64,000 bases of DNA from Chiloscyllium plagiosum. Taxonomy: Eukaryota. Location of the stretch: NCBI RefSeq assembly GCF_004010195.1, contig NC_057751.1:5154199-5218198 (forward strand). The letters run 5' to 3'. This document shows positions 39,131 through 50,406 of the stretch, piece after piece (the stretch's first letter is position 1; every line of letters begins with the position of its first letter). Below the pieces are notes generated by a model, which was not told the DNA's origin, did no database searches, and worked only from the letters and a program-made list of their open reading frames with translations. The position numbers were made by a program, and so were the translations under genes.

Positions 39131-39330
39131 GTCGATCAAAGAGTGTGATGCCAGGTGAACACTGTGCTGTGTCACACAGATCATCATCACCCAACACATT
39201 GGAACGTCCCGTCAAGTCAGGCTGGTTGAAGAAACGGAGGTCACTTGTGAAACAATGGCACCAACGCTGGTTTGTCCTTCGGGGTGTCTATCTATGTTAC
39301 CACAAAGAAGAGGAAGACGGAAAGCCACAG
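39131..39330 (+). CDS. ARHGAP25: ARHGAP25 exon 2 (PH domain start)
   Basis: ctag|RSKSVMPGEH...PNTLERPVKSGWLKKRRSLVKQWHQRWFVLRGVYLCYHKEEEDGKPQ|gtacat. Confidence 0.93.
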
Positions 39331-39458
39331 GTACATCTGATCGGGAGCAGTTAGTCACTGTGCTGCTCCTCACGAGAGAACTGTCCGCTTTTTGGCAGCA
39401 GTATAATCACAAGAAACTGAAACAGGAATAGTTGGAAATACTCAGGAGGTCAGGCAAC

Positions 39459-40087
39459 TGTTATCGACCACACCAAACCCCCCTCCAAATACATTCAGGG
39501 GATAGCCTTGACCCAAACTTGTCCTTATCTTAAAGGAAAGTGCCTTTAAGGCAGTGCATTCCAGATGCAATTTGATTGGTCAAGCTACCAGGTTGGAAGG
39601 AAAGTACACTTCATTTGTACCCCATCAAATATATACAAAAGTAAAAAATACCTTAGAATAAATGACCTCTGCTGGGAAATGTAACAGTAACTGTTCCAAT
39701 ATAGTCACTTCCTACAAACACACCCTTGGCAAAGGCAAATTCAGTAAAATAGATTGTCTCACATGGGATTTTCCAGTCCATGAGGAAAGAACATCAAGAG
39801 AAAACTGAGAGGAGAGAGAGCAAGAGCGAGATATTCTAAAGTTTCCAAACCCCAGCTTCAGGACCCCAGAGGCAACTGCAACTGCAAAACTGAAACTAAA
39901 ACCTTGGTTCTGAGGGAGCTTGACTCCACCCAGTCAGGCTGCTTCTATTGTTCCAACTTTTAAAAAAATTACCCAAGGCCTCACAAGTTGCTTCTGTTAT
40001 TGGAATCAAATGGACAGCTTGGTTTTAAGACCTCGCTTTAAAAAAAACAGGAAAAATTACACCTTTTAAAGCCATAATATTCTCACT
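39459..40087. mobile_element. Solo-LTR-like repeat inserted into an older PLE-type repeat
   Basis: Starts TGTTATCGACCACACCAAACCCCC, distantly similar to 56803-57436; flanks ggtcaggCAAC / CAGCatgtgtgag rejoin a PLE-type tail with a near 4-bp duplication; partial copy at ~50415-50586. Confidence 0.55.
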
Positions 40088-40820
40088 CAGCATGTGTGAG
40101 TTAACGCTTTCAGTCAGTAGATTCTCCATCAGATATGACAGCGGTGAGGAAAACGTTGGTACTTAAGCTAAAGGTGAGGTTGGGGGAGAAGGGAGTGTTG
40201 CGTGGATACGTGGAGGTGGAGCTCAGAAAGAGAGATGTGAAAAGGGGAGGTAAATGAGGGAATTATTGACGGTAACTCAGGTAAGAAGAGAAGCTGACTA
40301 AGTGATGATGGGAGCTCAGAATTATAGAGAATGGGTAATCTGTTCTGAAAGCAAACCATGAAATGTGCTCCTTGGTCCCAAGAGTGGGTGTCAATGGGTT
40401 AGCTGAACGCAATGCAACGCATGTCATAACAAGACTGGGTTTGGGGATGGGTAAGATCAGTACAGAAAGATTCCAGCAAGTTCTCCAGTTACTGAACTCA
40501 ATGTCTTAAATTCTATAGAAGGCTGCAGGGTCCCCACCCGGAAAAGGAGATGCTGTTTCTACATCACTGGAGCACTGCAGCAAGCCTGAGACCGACATGT
40601 TGGTCAGGCAGCATGGGTGCTGTGTGGACAGAATGGAGCTGCTCTGTGGATTGGTTGCTCAGTGGGGATTTTGTTTACCCTGTGTAGAGGAGACCACATT
40701 GTGAGCAGTGAGTACAGGAGGTATTTCTGCTGCCTTGGATTGGGAGGAGGGAGAGGGTCACAGCCTATGCTGTCAGAGGAGAAGGTGCCGTGGGGATGTA
40801 CTGGCAGTAGAGCAGGATTA

Positions 40821-40947
40821 CTGAAGAAGGGCTTATGCCCGAAACGTCGATTCTCCTGCTCCTTGGGTGCTGCCTGACCTGCTGCGCTTTTCCAGCAACA
40901 CATTTTCAGCTCTGATCTCCAGCATCTGCAGACCTCACTTTCTCCTC
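40821..40947 (+). mobile_element. Short Penelope-like insertion starting at the hammerhead core; 12-bp flanking direct repeat
   Basis: CAGGATTACTGA at 40813-40824 and 40948-40959; CTGAAGA-A-GGGC-TTAT-GCCC-GAAA-CGTC. Confidence 0.8.
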
Positions 40948-41998
40948 CAGGATTACTGACAGTGCTGGCTGGCCAAGGGCCTTCACTCAGTTCACTTCCA
41001 GGCTGTGCGTGACTGCACCCCAGCTGAACGGAGTCCATACTGTGAGGATCAGCATCAAACAGCAGTCACTGCCTGGTGCCTTTGGAACGGGAGGTCAGCA
41101 TTTTAAAGCCCCGTTCCATGGGCAGATGGGCAGAGTCTGACAGATTGTGTAAGAGGCTGAATTTGGAACATGGCTGTGTTATTTAGCTGAACTGCACTGT
41201 CTGTCCCCAGCCGAGAGAGAGAGAGAGAGAGAGGGGAGAACGAGACACAGTCCACACTTTTCAAGGGGAGGGGAATGGAGGCAAATTAAATATCATCATG
41301 AACTCTCACAACAATGGGGCAAGGCACACCTCAGTTCCTCTTGGGAGGTCACCTCAGCCACAGTCCAAGTGATGCACACAACAGGAGCAGGCCATTCAGC
41401 CCTCAGAGTCTGTCCTGTCATTCACTGTGATCATGGCTGATCATCCACACAGGCTCCTGCTCCCACCTCCCCATCCCGTTTCAGCCCTTTTCTTCCAAGG
41501 AATTACATTGGACCCTTTCTGGAAATACTCTGGCATCAACCACTCTCTGTACCAGAGAATCCCACAGGCTCCCCGCTCTCTGGGTGAAGCCATTTCTCCT
41601 CAGCTCAGTCCCACCCTGTATCCTGAGACTGTGAGCCTTGGTTCTGGATCTCCTGGTTACTCAGCAACATAACTCCCTGAGTTTATGCTGGTGACTCATC
41701 TTTGAATTTATAGGTTTCTACCAAATGCTACCGGATTCTTCTAAACCCCAGTGCAGATAGTCTGAGGGGTCAGTGTGGGGAACCATCACTGCATTCCCAT
41801 CGTGACTGGAATAGCCTTCCTCAGGTAAGGAGACTGAGTGTAATCCTCCCAGCTCTCCATTCTCAATGTTACAGAGGAGAAGGACTGCAGGTGGAGGGTA
41901 AGGGTAAGGGTTAGACGACTCAGCAATTTTCCTGGTCACATCTCCCCAGAGTAGAATTGGAAAAATGATCCCTCGCTGTTCACCAATGTCATGTCAGG

Positions 41999-42064
41999 CT
42001 GCAGACACAGCGTGATCTGGGTGATCTGTATCCTGCAGACACAGCGTGATCTGGGTGATCTGTA
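41999..42064. repeat. Local tandem duplication (32 bp x2, period 34)
   Basis: ctgcagacacagcgtgatctgggtgatctgta twice. Confidence 0.85.
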
Positions 42065-42225
42065 ACCTTTCCCCAGGGTCAGTGTCATTGAGTGGGTGGG
42101 GAAGCATCGCCTTGGCACTGCTTTGGTCTTTTGTTAATCAATCAGAGGGATATTGTGACTGCAGGCTCTTGTTATTTATACACAGGGACTGGGTGATGCA
42201 GTCACTAAATCTGTGTCTTTTCCAG

Positions 42226-42313
42226 GGCTACATTGTGCTCCAGGACTGCAAGGTGAATGAACTACCAGCTAACCCGGATGATCCAGGAAAATTCCTCTTT
42301 GAAATCACTCCAG
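42226..42313 (+). CDS. ARHGAP25: ARHGAP25 exon 3 (PH domain)
   Basis: ccag|GYIVLQDCKVNELPANPDDPGKFLFEITP|gtattg. Confidence 0.92.
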
Positions 42314-43026
42314 GTATTGTCTCTCTCTGTGTCAGAAACCCCTGTGTACATATTTCCCCCCATCCTGCCAATTCACTCTCCCAGCTGGGAGCTCTGGCCA
42401 TCTCGGAGGAACATTCCTGGGCAGGGACAGGAAGGTGAGGTGAGGGGGAGGCAGGCAGGTCTGAGCATCCCCCATTGTGGCCCATTGTTTGGACATGGAG
42501 CAGACCCACAAAGGGGTCTCTTCACAAGCCATCAGCCCCCACCCAATCCCTGTCAGTGATAGATGGGTTCAGCATCAGTCCCAAGGGGGCCTTGCCCCTC
42601 TCAGTGCTACCTGGCAGCCCACATTGCCACTGCATCTTCATCATGTAATGACACCCCGACGTAGCTAGCCACAGCCAAGTGATCTTACAGGGAACGGGAT
42701 AAGATATTGTGAAGCAAAATACGGGTAAGGCGAGGATTGAGCATGGGTAAATCGACCGTTTGGTTAATTTAATCACCCGCTCATCATTTGTTGTGCAGAG
42801 TGAAAATTTATTTTATTAACACCCAGTTTACTCTCCACCCTTAACTCAGTGACTAAAATACAATAACTTTATTACTAAAATAACACTTAAGATTAAACTA
42901 AATTATTTCTAAAACCTATTTAAAATTCTAAACTTAAAAATTAAATAAAAATTAAAAATAATTTCAAATGTAATTAAATTATGTCTAACGGAGGATCTAT
43001 AAAAGTCCTAAGAGTCCATAAAAATT

Positions 43027-43167
43027 ATTGAGCCCTCCACTACCACCTGATGAAGGAGCATCGCTCCGAAAGATAGTGCTTCCAATTAAACCTGTTGGAC
43101 TATAACCTGGTGTTGTTGTGTGATTTGTAACTTTGTCCACCCCAGTCCAACACCGGCACCTCCGAAT
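43027..43167 (+). mobile_element. Penelope-like insertion with hammerhead core, nested in R2 ORF end
   Basis: Flanked by CATAAAAATT (43017-43026, 43168-43177); CAC-CTGATGA-A-GGAGC-ATC-GCTCC-GAAA-GATA-GTG at 43044-43078. Confidence 0.8.
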
Positions 43168-43900
43168 CATAAAAATTCTCAACAGTTGAAGGGTCAAAGA
43201 CAACACAAGGTTTGTGATGGTCCGTGCAAATGTTTTACACTTTTCAGCCCCGAGGGCTTTCATTGTTTTTCATTGTTTTTCTCATACCATTTCCCCCAGG
43301 CTCCCATCACAAAACCATAAAAGGATACTATCGATCCCTTGGTAAAAGTTACCATTTCTTCCTCCAGATGTTTATACTTAGTAGTCTTCTCTTCCCATGC
43401 CTGTTTGAGTGAGTTTATTTAAGTATCTGATCTAATCCTCACATCTGTCACAATTACTTGCTGTTCCTTTTTAAAAATCAAATCCACAATCCATAGTTTT
43501 CCTTCTTTGCCTTTTATCCGCGGCTCTATATACGTTGTCCATCCCTTTGCTTTGACATACTTTGTTATTTCCACTGCTATCCTGTTATGTCTTTTAATCC
43601 TCATATTTTTAACAAAAGGGCACCAGCCTGAAATATGTGCCACATTTTCTGTGATACATTACCATCTCCTGCAAGGTTTAATATTAAAAGGCCTTCCGTA
43701 GTTCAATGACGCTCTGGTTGGGAATAAAATTGAGTTGATTACTTTAGATGTCTTCATATATTGGATTTCTTGTGACCAATTATTGGAAATCCAGTCTTTT
43801 TAAAGTGATGGATGCCTGCCCCTTGACATGGCAGAGCCATCCATTTTTGCATTTCAATATCTCTCCAGTCGTTAGAATGCTTACTGCTGTATTCCTCAAG

Positions 43901-44236
43901 GAGAAAGTGAGGACTGCAGATGCTGGGGATCAGAGCTGAAAATGTGTGTTGCTGGAAAAGCGCAGCAGGTCAGGCAGCATCCAAGGAACAGGAGAATCGA
44001 CGTTTTGGGCATGAGCCCTTCTTCAGGCCCTCACCTTATCACCTTCACCTTAACCTCCTTCCACCTATCGCATTTCCCAACGCCTCTCCCCCAAGTCCCT
44101 CCTCCCTACCTTTTATCTTAGCCTGCTGGACACACTTTCCTCATTCCTGAAGAAGGGCTCATGCCCTAAACGTCGATTCTCCTGTTCCTTGGATGCTGCC
44201 TGACCTGCTGCGCTTTTCCAGCAACACATTTTCCAG
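43901..44236. mobile_element. Penelope-like insertion with inverted terminal arms, nested in R2; 17-bp TSD
   Basis: CTGCTGTATTCCTCAAG at 43884-43900 and 44237-44253; ~43935-44027 is the reverse complement of ~44146-44237. Confidence 0.85.
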
Positions 44237-46539
44237 CTGCTGTATTCCTCAAGCCCATTATTCATACTTTCATTACCCTCTATTTCATCCAATTTGCTCA
44301 TTAATTTGTGGATTCCAGATTTCTTTTAAATTATTTAGTTTCCTTAAGTTTTGCATTTTAGATATAATACTAGTTCCCTCGAAAAAAAATGAGGCATGTA
44401 AAATTTCATCCGAGGAATTGTACAACATCTCGAGATTTCTTAAAATAGCAATTGGAATAAAGAGAGATAATTTAGTTCGCCCTAACCCACCATCACGATT
44501 TTTAGTATATAATCATCCTTCCGTGATGGATTGTGGGAGATGTAATATTTCCTTAACTGTGTTTTTAATTAAAGTGTCTAATTTATTGAAATAATTTTGG
44601 GATGCTTCGGATAAAATAAGGTAATAATATAACCTGGGGATAAAATACGACTTTACAATTTCAAATTTCTGTACTGGTTTTAAAAAGGCTTTCTTAAGAT
44701 TGCCTGTCCAATCTCCAAATTGCAACTCCCAATGGGATTGGCTAATCCCAATCCATGGGTCAATTTTAGCCCCTAAATATTTATCGATTTTACCCGGCTC
44801 TATAAACTGTATTAGTCCATCGTTAAGTTTCCAGTATGGCCTATTATTATAAATAAACGTTTTGTTTTTATAGACAAAATAAAATCCTTTTGTCTTTTTG
44901 ACATTCACCTCCAAACCAGTGTTCCTACAAAATCTTTCTAAGAGTTTTAAATTATAAGCCATCCCTTCATATGACTGACTAGCCAATGCAATGTCGTCTG
45001 CAAATGCCAGGGAGGCAGAGTGGTGACTTGAACCATCTGGTCCTAAAAACAATCCCTTTTTACTCTCTTCTATCGTACTAATTAGAGGGTCCATTATAAT
45101 ATTAAAAAGTATTGGTGACAGTGAGTCACCCTGTTTAACCCCTTTTTAAAATTTTTATTGGATTAGTTTTACAATTAAAACCTTCAACCACTGTTGAATT
45201 ATAAACTTATAATTAATTTAATAACTTCGGGAGGGAGCTGTACTCTCTTCAGGGCACTAGTTATTAATTTATGTCCCACTGTATCAAAAGCTTTCGCCAG
45301 ATCAACAAAAACTATCACTAAATCATTTTTGTTTCTCTTGGCCCCATGAATGGTATTTTCGAGAATCTGAATATTCTCCTCGCAGCCCGATACCCCAGTG
45401 AAAAACCGCTTTTGTCGTTTACTTAGTTCTATTGCCTTACGCAATCTCTAAGCCATTATTTTAGTGAAGAGTCTTAATAAAATTGGCCCTATTGTGATAG
45501 GTTGCCAATTGTTAATATCCTTTAGCCCTTCTTCATCATTAACCTTAGGGATTAATACAGTCCTACTAACTTTCATTATTTCTGGGATCTTAGCCATTTT
45601 AAGCCAAATAGAAAATAATCTGGGTATAGTATTGTTATCTTTATTAAATATTCCAACCATATCCCTGAGTGACATCTGATCTGACCCTGCCGCAGTTTTC
45701 ACGTCCATCGCCTTAATGGCCTGATTGACGTCTTCCACCGAGACATGACCGATCAGCATATCACCCAGAGTACCGTCCCCATTACCCCTGTATTTGGCTA
45801 ACCCTCCTAAATTATTCTTATCGTTGGGAGTTGATTATCTTTCGTCAAAGTATTGTTCCAATTGTTCTTTGCTCAGGGGGCAAACACATTTATTTGGGGC
45901 CCCCATTAGCATCCTTGCTAAATATTGCCTCTTAGTTTTATATAACATCAGAGTTTGTTTAAACACCCCTTTCTTCTTACTATATCCTTTCTTGGCGTTA
46001 TTGGGCACTGTCTTAGCTTTCTGCCTATTACTATCTGAGCCACTATTTCATTTATTACTTTTATGTTTCTTTTTACCTTCCTTTTTATTCTCCTTTCTAA
46101 TATTTAACTTCTTAATTATCTCTTCCATAACAATATCACCTCCACTCATTCTTACCCGTTTACTCTTACTAATCTTGTCCTCAATAATGTCCAATAATTC
46201 ATTTAATGATTTATTACTTAATTCTACCTTCCCTATATCCTCACTTCTTCCTTATTACTTATCTACTTCCGTTCTTATCCCTTCAATATCCTTATCTATA
46301 ACCCCCTCACCAAAATCCTTATCTTCGTTAATCTCTTTATCATTATTGAGGACCACTTCCTGATTACCATTATTACCCTGTCTGATGCTGAGACCAGGGC
46401 TCCCAGCTCTGAACTTCCTTCCCTGACCCTCTTCCATCTCTCCCCCTCTGCTCTCAGGCCTGACTGAAATCTGAAACTGAAGCACGACAGGCAGAGAAGA
46501 GACACCCAGGTCCTGGGCGTGCCTCAATGGTTTCACAAA

Positions 46540-46928
46540 GGCTGGAGTGGAGGAGGTTGAGAGGCGACCTTATACAACTTTATAAAATAACGGAGTTCAC
46601 ATAAACTTCATGGTGGGTGTCTTTTCCCTCGGGTGGGGGATTTCAAAACTAGGCGGCATGTTTTTGGAGAAAACAGACATAAGAAAGATGTGAGGGCAAC
46701 TTTTTTTTTTACACGGAGGGTGGTTCACGTGTGGAATGAACTGCCAGGGGACGTGGTGGATGTGGATCCAGTTATAGTGTTTAAAAGATGTTCAGACAAT
46801 GACATGAGCAGGAAAGGTTTCAGAAGGATCTGGGCCAGGAGCAGGCAGTTAGGATTAGTTTATTTTCGGATTATGGTCAGCATGGACTGGTTGGGCCGAA
46901 GGGTCTGTTTCCTTGCTGCATGACTCTA
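46540..46928 (+). mobile_element. CR1/HER1-like LINE 3' end
   Basis: aggttgagaggcgacctt...gtggaatgaactgccagggg...ttgggccgaagggtctgtttccttgctgcatgactctat tail. Confidence 0.75.
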
Positions 46929-47252
46929 TCAAAACAAGGCCAGTAGCTTGATGCTGAAAAAGGATAGGGCAGAGTCACACCGTGCTGTCGGGGATAGCCA
47001 GCCACAGGGAGAGACTAATCTCACCAAACACTCGACTGCCCATGGCCTCGAGCAGGACAGAGCTGGATACATCTCAGACTCTAGCCACAGCATCCTGCAA
47101 TCACTCCTGCTCTCCCTTACTCTTCTCACCCGAAGGTGAGAACAGTGTCAGCTCCATGTGCTGCTTTTCAGTCGCTCAGCGGCTTGCTGTCGTTTTGTGG
47201 GCAGTCAGTTAGGCTAGACTCACAGAGACACACCTGGGCCGAGGGGGGAAAG

Positions 47253-47752
47253 NNNNNNNNNNNNNNNNNNNNNNNNNNNNNNNNNNNNNNNNNNNNNNNN
47301 NNNNNNNNNNNNNNNNNNNNNNNNNNNNNNNNNNNNNNNNNNNNNNNNNNNNNNNNNNNNNNNNNNNNNNNNNNNNNNNNNNNNNNNNNNNNNNNNNNNN
47401 NNNNNNNNNNNNNNNNNNNNNNNNNNNNNNNNNNNNNNNNNNNNNNNNNNNNNNNNNNNNNNNNNNNNNNNNNNNNNNNNNNNNNNNNNNNNNNNNNNNN
47501 NNNNNNNNNNNNNNNNNNNNNNNNNNNNNNNNNNNNNNNNNNNNNNNNNNNNNNNNNNNNNNNNNNNNNNNNNNNNNNNNNNNNNNNNNNNNNNNNNNNN
47601 NNNNNNNNNNNNNNNNNNNNNNNNNNNNNNNNNNNNNNNNNNNNNNNNNNNNNNNNNNNNNNNNNNNNNNNNNNNNNNNNNNNNNNNNNNNNNNNNNNNN
47701 NNNNNNNNNNNNNNNNNNNNNNNNNNNNNNNNNNNNNNNNNNNNNNNNNNNN
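47253..47752. other. Assembly gap
   Basis: 500 N. Confidence 1.
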
Positions 47753-47873
47753 TGTTATTGAGTGATTGTGACTGAAGAGGTGACCACCAATCTGAAGCCG
47801 GTTGGCGGGTCAGTGGTAGTGGATTGAAAAGCCTGCTGTTTGCTAACATTTCTCCCCATGTGATGTCTTACAG

Positions 47874-48002
47874 TGGGCTCCAGTGACCGTGAGCGGACAG
47901 GAGGTGTTCAGGACTCCCATGTGCTGATGGCCAATTCACAGAACGAAATGGAAGACTGGGTGAAAGTGATTCGCCGGGCCATGGGAACGCTGTCCAGTGG
48001 AG
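47874..48002 (+). CDS. ARHGAP25: ARHGAP25 exon 4 (PH domain end)
   Basis: acag|(V)GSSDRERTGGVQDSHVLMANSQNEMEDWVKVIRRAMGTLSSG|gtacca. Confidence 0.92.
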
Positions 48003-48689
48003 GTACCACACTATCCTCTGGAACCTCTCTCCAGTGTATCCTTGTCTTTGCCCCTCCTTGTTTCACATCACTCTGAGGCGAAGAGTTTCACTCAGCATGT
48101 TTACAGAGGGATGGCCTCTGGTTCTGTCTATTGATGGGGTGTTCGGGTCATCAGCGAGACCACCATCCCACTGTGGGCCTGGAGTCACATGCCAACCCAG
48201 ACTGGGTGAGGATGGTAGATGACCTTCCTTAAAGGACATGGATGAACCAGACTGGGTCTTTAATAGCAATGTCATGGGCATCAATGGGGTCACCTCTGCA
48301 GATTTCTCTCCAGCTGGCCATGTCCTCAGAACAGGAAGCTGGATTGTTCATCCAGTCACATGGCCGTGATGCCATTGGCACCCCATCAGTGCACTACTGC
48401 CCATGCTCTTGGCTGGTACAGCTGCATTGAGAACTCAGAGCAGCCCACCCCTCAACAACACATACGTCCATGATAACCACTCATTGCCAGACCAGACCAT
48501 GCCAGCCTCTCAGTTCCCCACACTGCCGTACCATCCTCATGGGAAGCATGGCTTTCCTTCAGGAATGTGATCACCAGCTGGCAAGAGGCTTCAGGAGACC
48601 CAGTCGCTAAGGGCCCACTCTCAATTGGAGGATAAAAATAGGCAGGTTTTCACCAAACTCTCCCAGGCCTTACTCAAACCCCAACTGGG

Positions 48690-49190
48690 ATCCTATGAAC
48701 AGTTTTCAGCCCCTTCTCAAAGGAAGGATAGACTGGCCATTGGAGGCAGTCCAGAGAAGATTCACTTGGCTGATCCTGGGGATGGAGGGACTCTCTTATG
48801 AGGACAGCTTGCGTAGGGTGGGCTTGTACTCACTGGAGCTCAGAGGAATGACAGGAGACCTTGCTGAAATGTACAAGACCCTAAGGGATATGGAGAGGTT
48901 GTTCCCCCTTGTGGGAGAGTCTGGGACCAGAGGGTGTACTCTCAGAGAAAGGGGTCACCCACTGAGAGAGAGATGTGAAGGAATTTCTCCTCTCTGAGGG
49001 GAGTGAGGCTGTGGGATCCTCTCCCGCAGAGGGATGGCGAGGCTGGGTCACTAAAGGCTGAGACAGAGGGGAGGGAGGGGGAATCGAGGGCGATGGGGGA
49101 AAGGCAGGAAAGGGAAGTGGTGGGTGATCAGGTCAGCCACGACCTCAGTGTCTGAGACTCGATGGGCTGAATGGTCTACTTCTGCTAATG
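48690..49190 (+). mobile_element. CR1 LINE 3' fragment
   Basis: Translates to LEAVQRRFTWLILGMEGLSYEDSLRRVGLYSLELR, typical CR1 ORF2 C-terminus. Confidence 0.75.
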
Positions 49191-50198
49191 ATTGTAAGGA
49201 AATGCTTTGATAAATTAACTTACAGTAAGATTCTACAAAACAGTCATTATCTTTCTGACCCCGATAATTTGCAGAGTATAAAGAAGTCAAATTTAACCTC
49301 GGTCTCCCATTGCACAGATACTGTCAGAACTGCTGAGGTGCTCCAATAATCTGTGTTCTTGTATGTGACTCACGGTCTGGGTTAAGAACCCAGGATTGGC
49401 CAGAGGAAATCCCAGATACTTCTCTGATTACACCCAATGGGACCTTTGGCCGTGATGTGGGATGAGAGATACCCCCCAGTTGACCATCCAATCCAATCTC
49501 TCTCTGACTGAGTAGGTTTCCCTGAATGCTGCTTACAGCTGGCTACCTCTGATAGTTTCAGGAAAGACACAGCTCAGCGTTTCCCCTGGGGCCGTGAAGA
49601 GTGAGTTTCCTTTGAGAAGAAGATGGAGTTTGTGGAGGCTTTGGGAATATACTGGGAAGCAGCTCAGAGAACATCTCTCCAATGGATATCACAAGGTTAA
49701 CTTGGATGCTGTCATGGTGAATGGACAGCTGAAAAAATGCAGAGATGTATGGACAACAACACAAGCAGGTCTTGTACTGAGTTAGGGTGTGCCAAAGGAG
49801 GGGATAATGCTCGGACATTTAGAGCCCACATATCCTCAATCTAGGCAGGCATCATGGGATCCAATCTGGATGTGCCCATGACTAGAGACAGTCACACACC
49901 ATTCAGAGAAATGGCTCAGTGAGTGGGTCTGAGGCTATTGAATCCATATCCTGAGTGAGGGATGAGGAACATGCTGGAAGGAAACATCCCATTGATAATG
50001 TGATCAGCAGGTCCTTGAGAAGGATGAGGGAAGGGCAATGGCTCATTTAAAGAGCTAGCATGGTCCTCCTGTGCTCCGGGCTTTGAGCTTTGGATGAACG
50101 TGAATGGGGCCAAGCCACATAAGGGGGACCTTGGAGCAAAAGCCCCAGGACATGTGCAGTGCCCATCACTGTCTTCACCTGAACTCCTTTTCTTTCAG

Positions 50199-50406
50199 CT
50201 GTCTTCGGTCAGCGTCTGGCAGAGACGGTGGCATATGAGCAGAAGTTTGGCCAGCACCTGGTGCCTATGGTGGTGGAGCAGTGCACAGACTTCATTCGGA
50301 ACCATGGGCTGAATGAGGAAGGTATCTTCCGCCTTCCAGGGCAAGACAACCAGGTGAAAGAACTGAGAGATGCTTTTGACTCTGGAGAGAGGCCTTCTTT
50401 CGACAG
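50199..50406 (+). CDS. ARHGAP25: ARHGAP25 exon 5 (RhoGAP domain, arginine finger)
   Basis: tcag|(A)VFGQRLAETVAYEQKFGQHLVPMVVEQCTDFIRNHGLNEEGIFRLPGQDNQVKELRDAFDSGERPSFD(R)|gtaggc. Confidence 0.95.

Larger units (their letters stand above)
42645..46380 (-). mobile_element. R2-clade non-LTR retrotransposon (RT + CCHC + restriction-like endonuclease), 5'-truncated, inactivated
   Basis: Minus-strand motifs in order: LYKTKRQYLARML, WQPITIGPILLRLFTKIM, GCEENI, VFVDLAKAFDTVGH, GVKQGDSLSPILFNIIMDPL, LAFADDIAL, KYLG, LKPVQK..YFIP, LHLP...DGGLG, QGAGI...ISNNW, PTRASLNYGR, CRR...HISGWCP, KRHNRI, EPRI...VDLIF...DVRIR, KTTKY, GFVMGAWGKW, LLRIFMDS* (stop 43010-43008). Several stops and frameshifts; visibly AT-rich. 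Confidence 0.85.

Noticed and set aside
42600..42800. 28S rRNA fragment or R2 target site, poly(A) tail or TSD at the R2 ends
   Set aside because: No match to the 28S target seen, and no convincing tail or duplication; R2 boundaries are therefore approximate.
45794..46363. 189-aa hydrophobic + strand ORF
   Set aside because: Antisense shadow of the A-rich R2 ORF.
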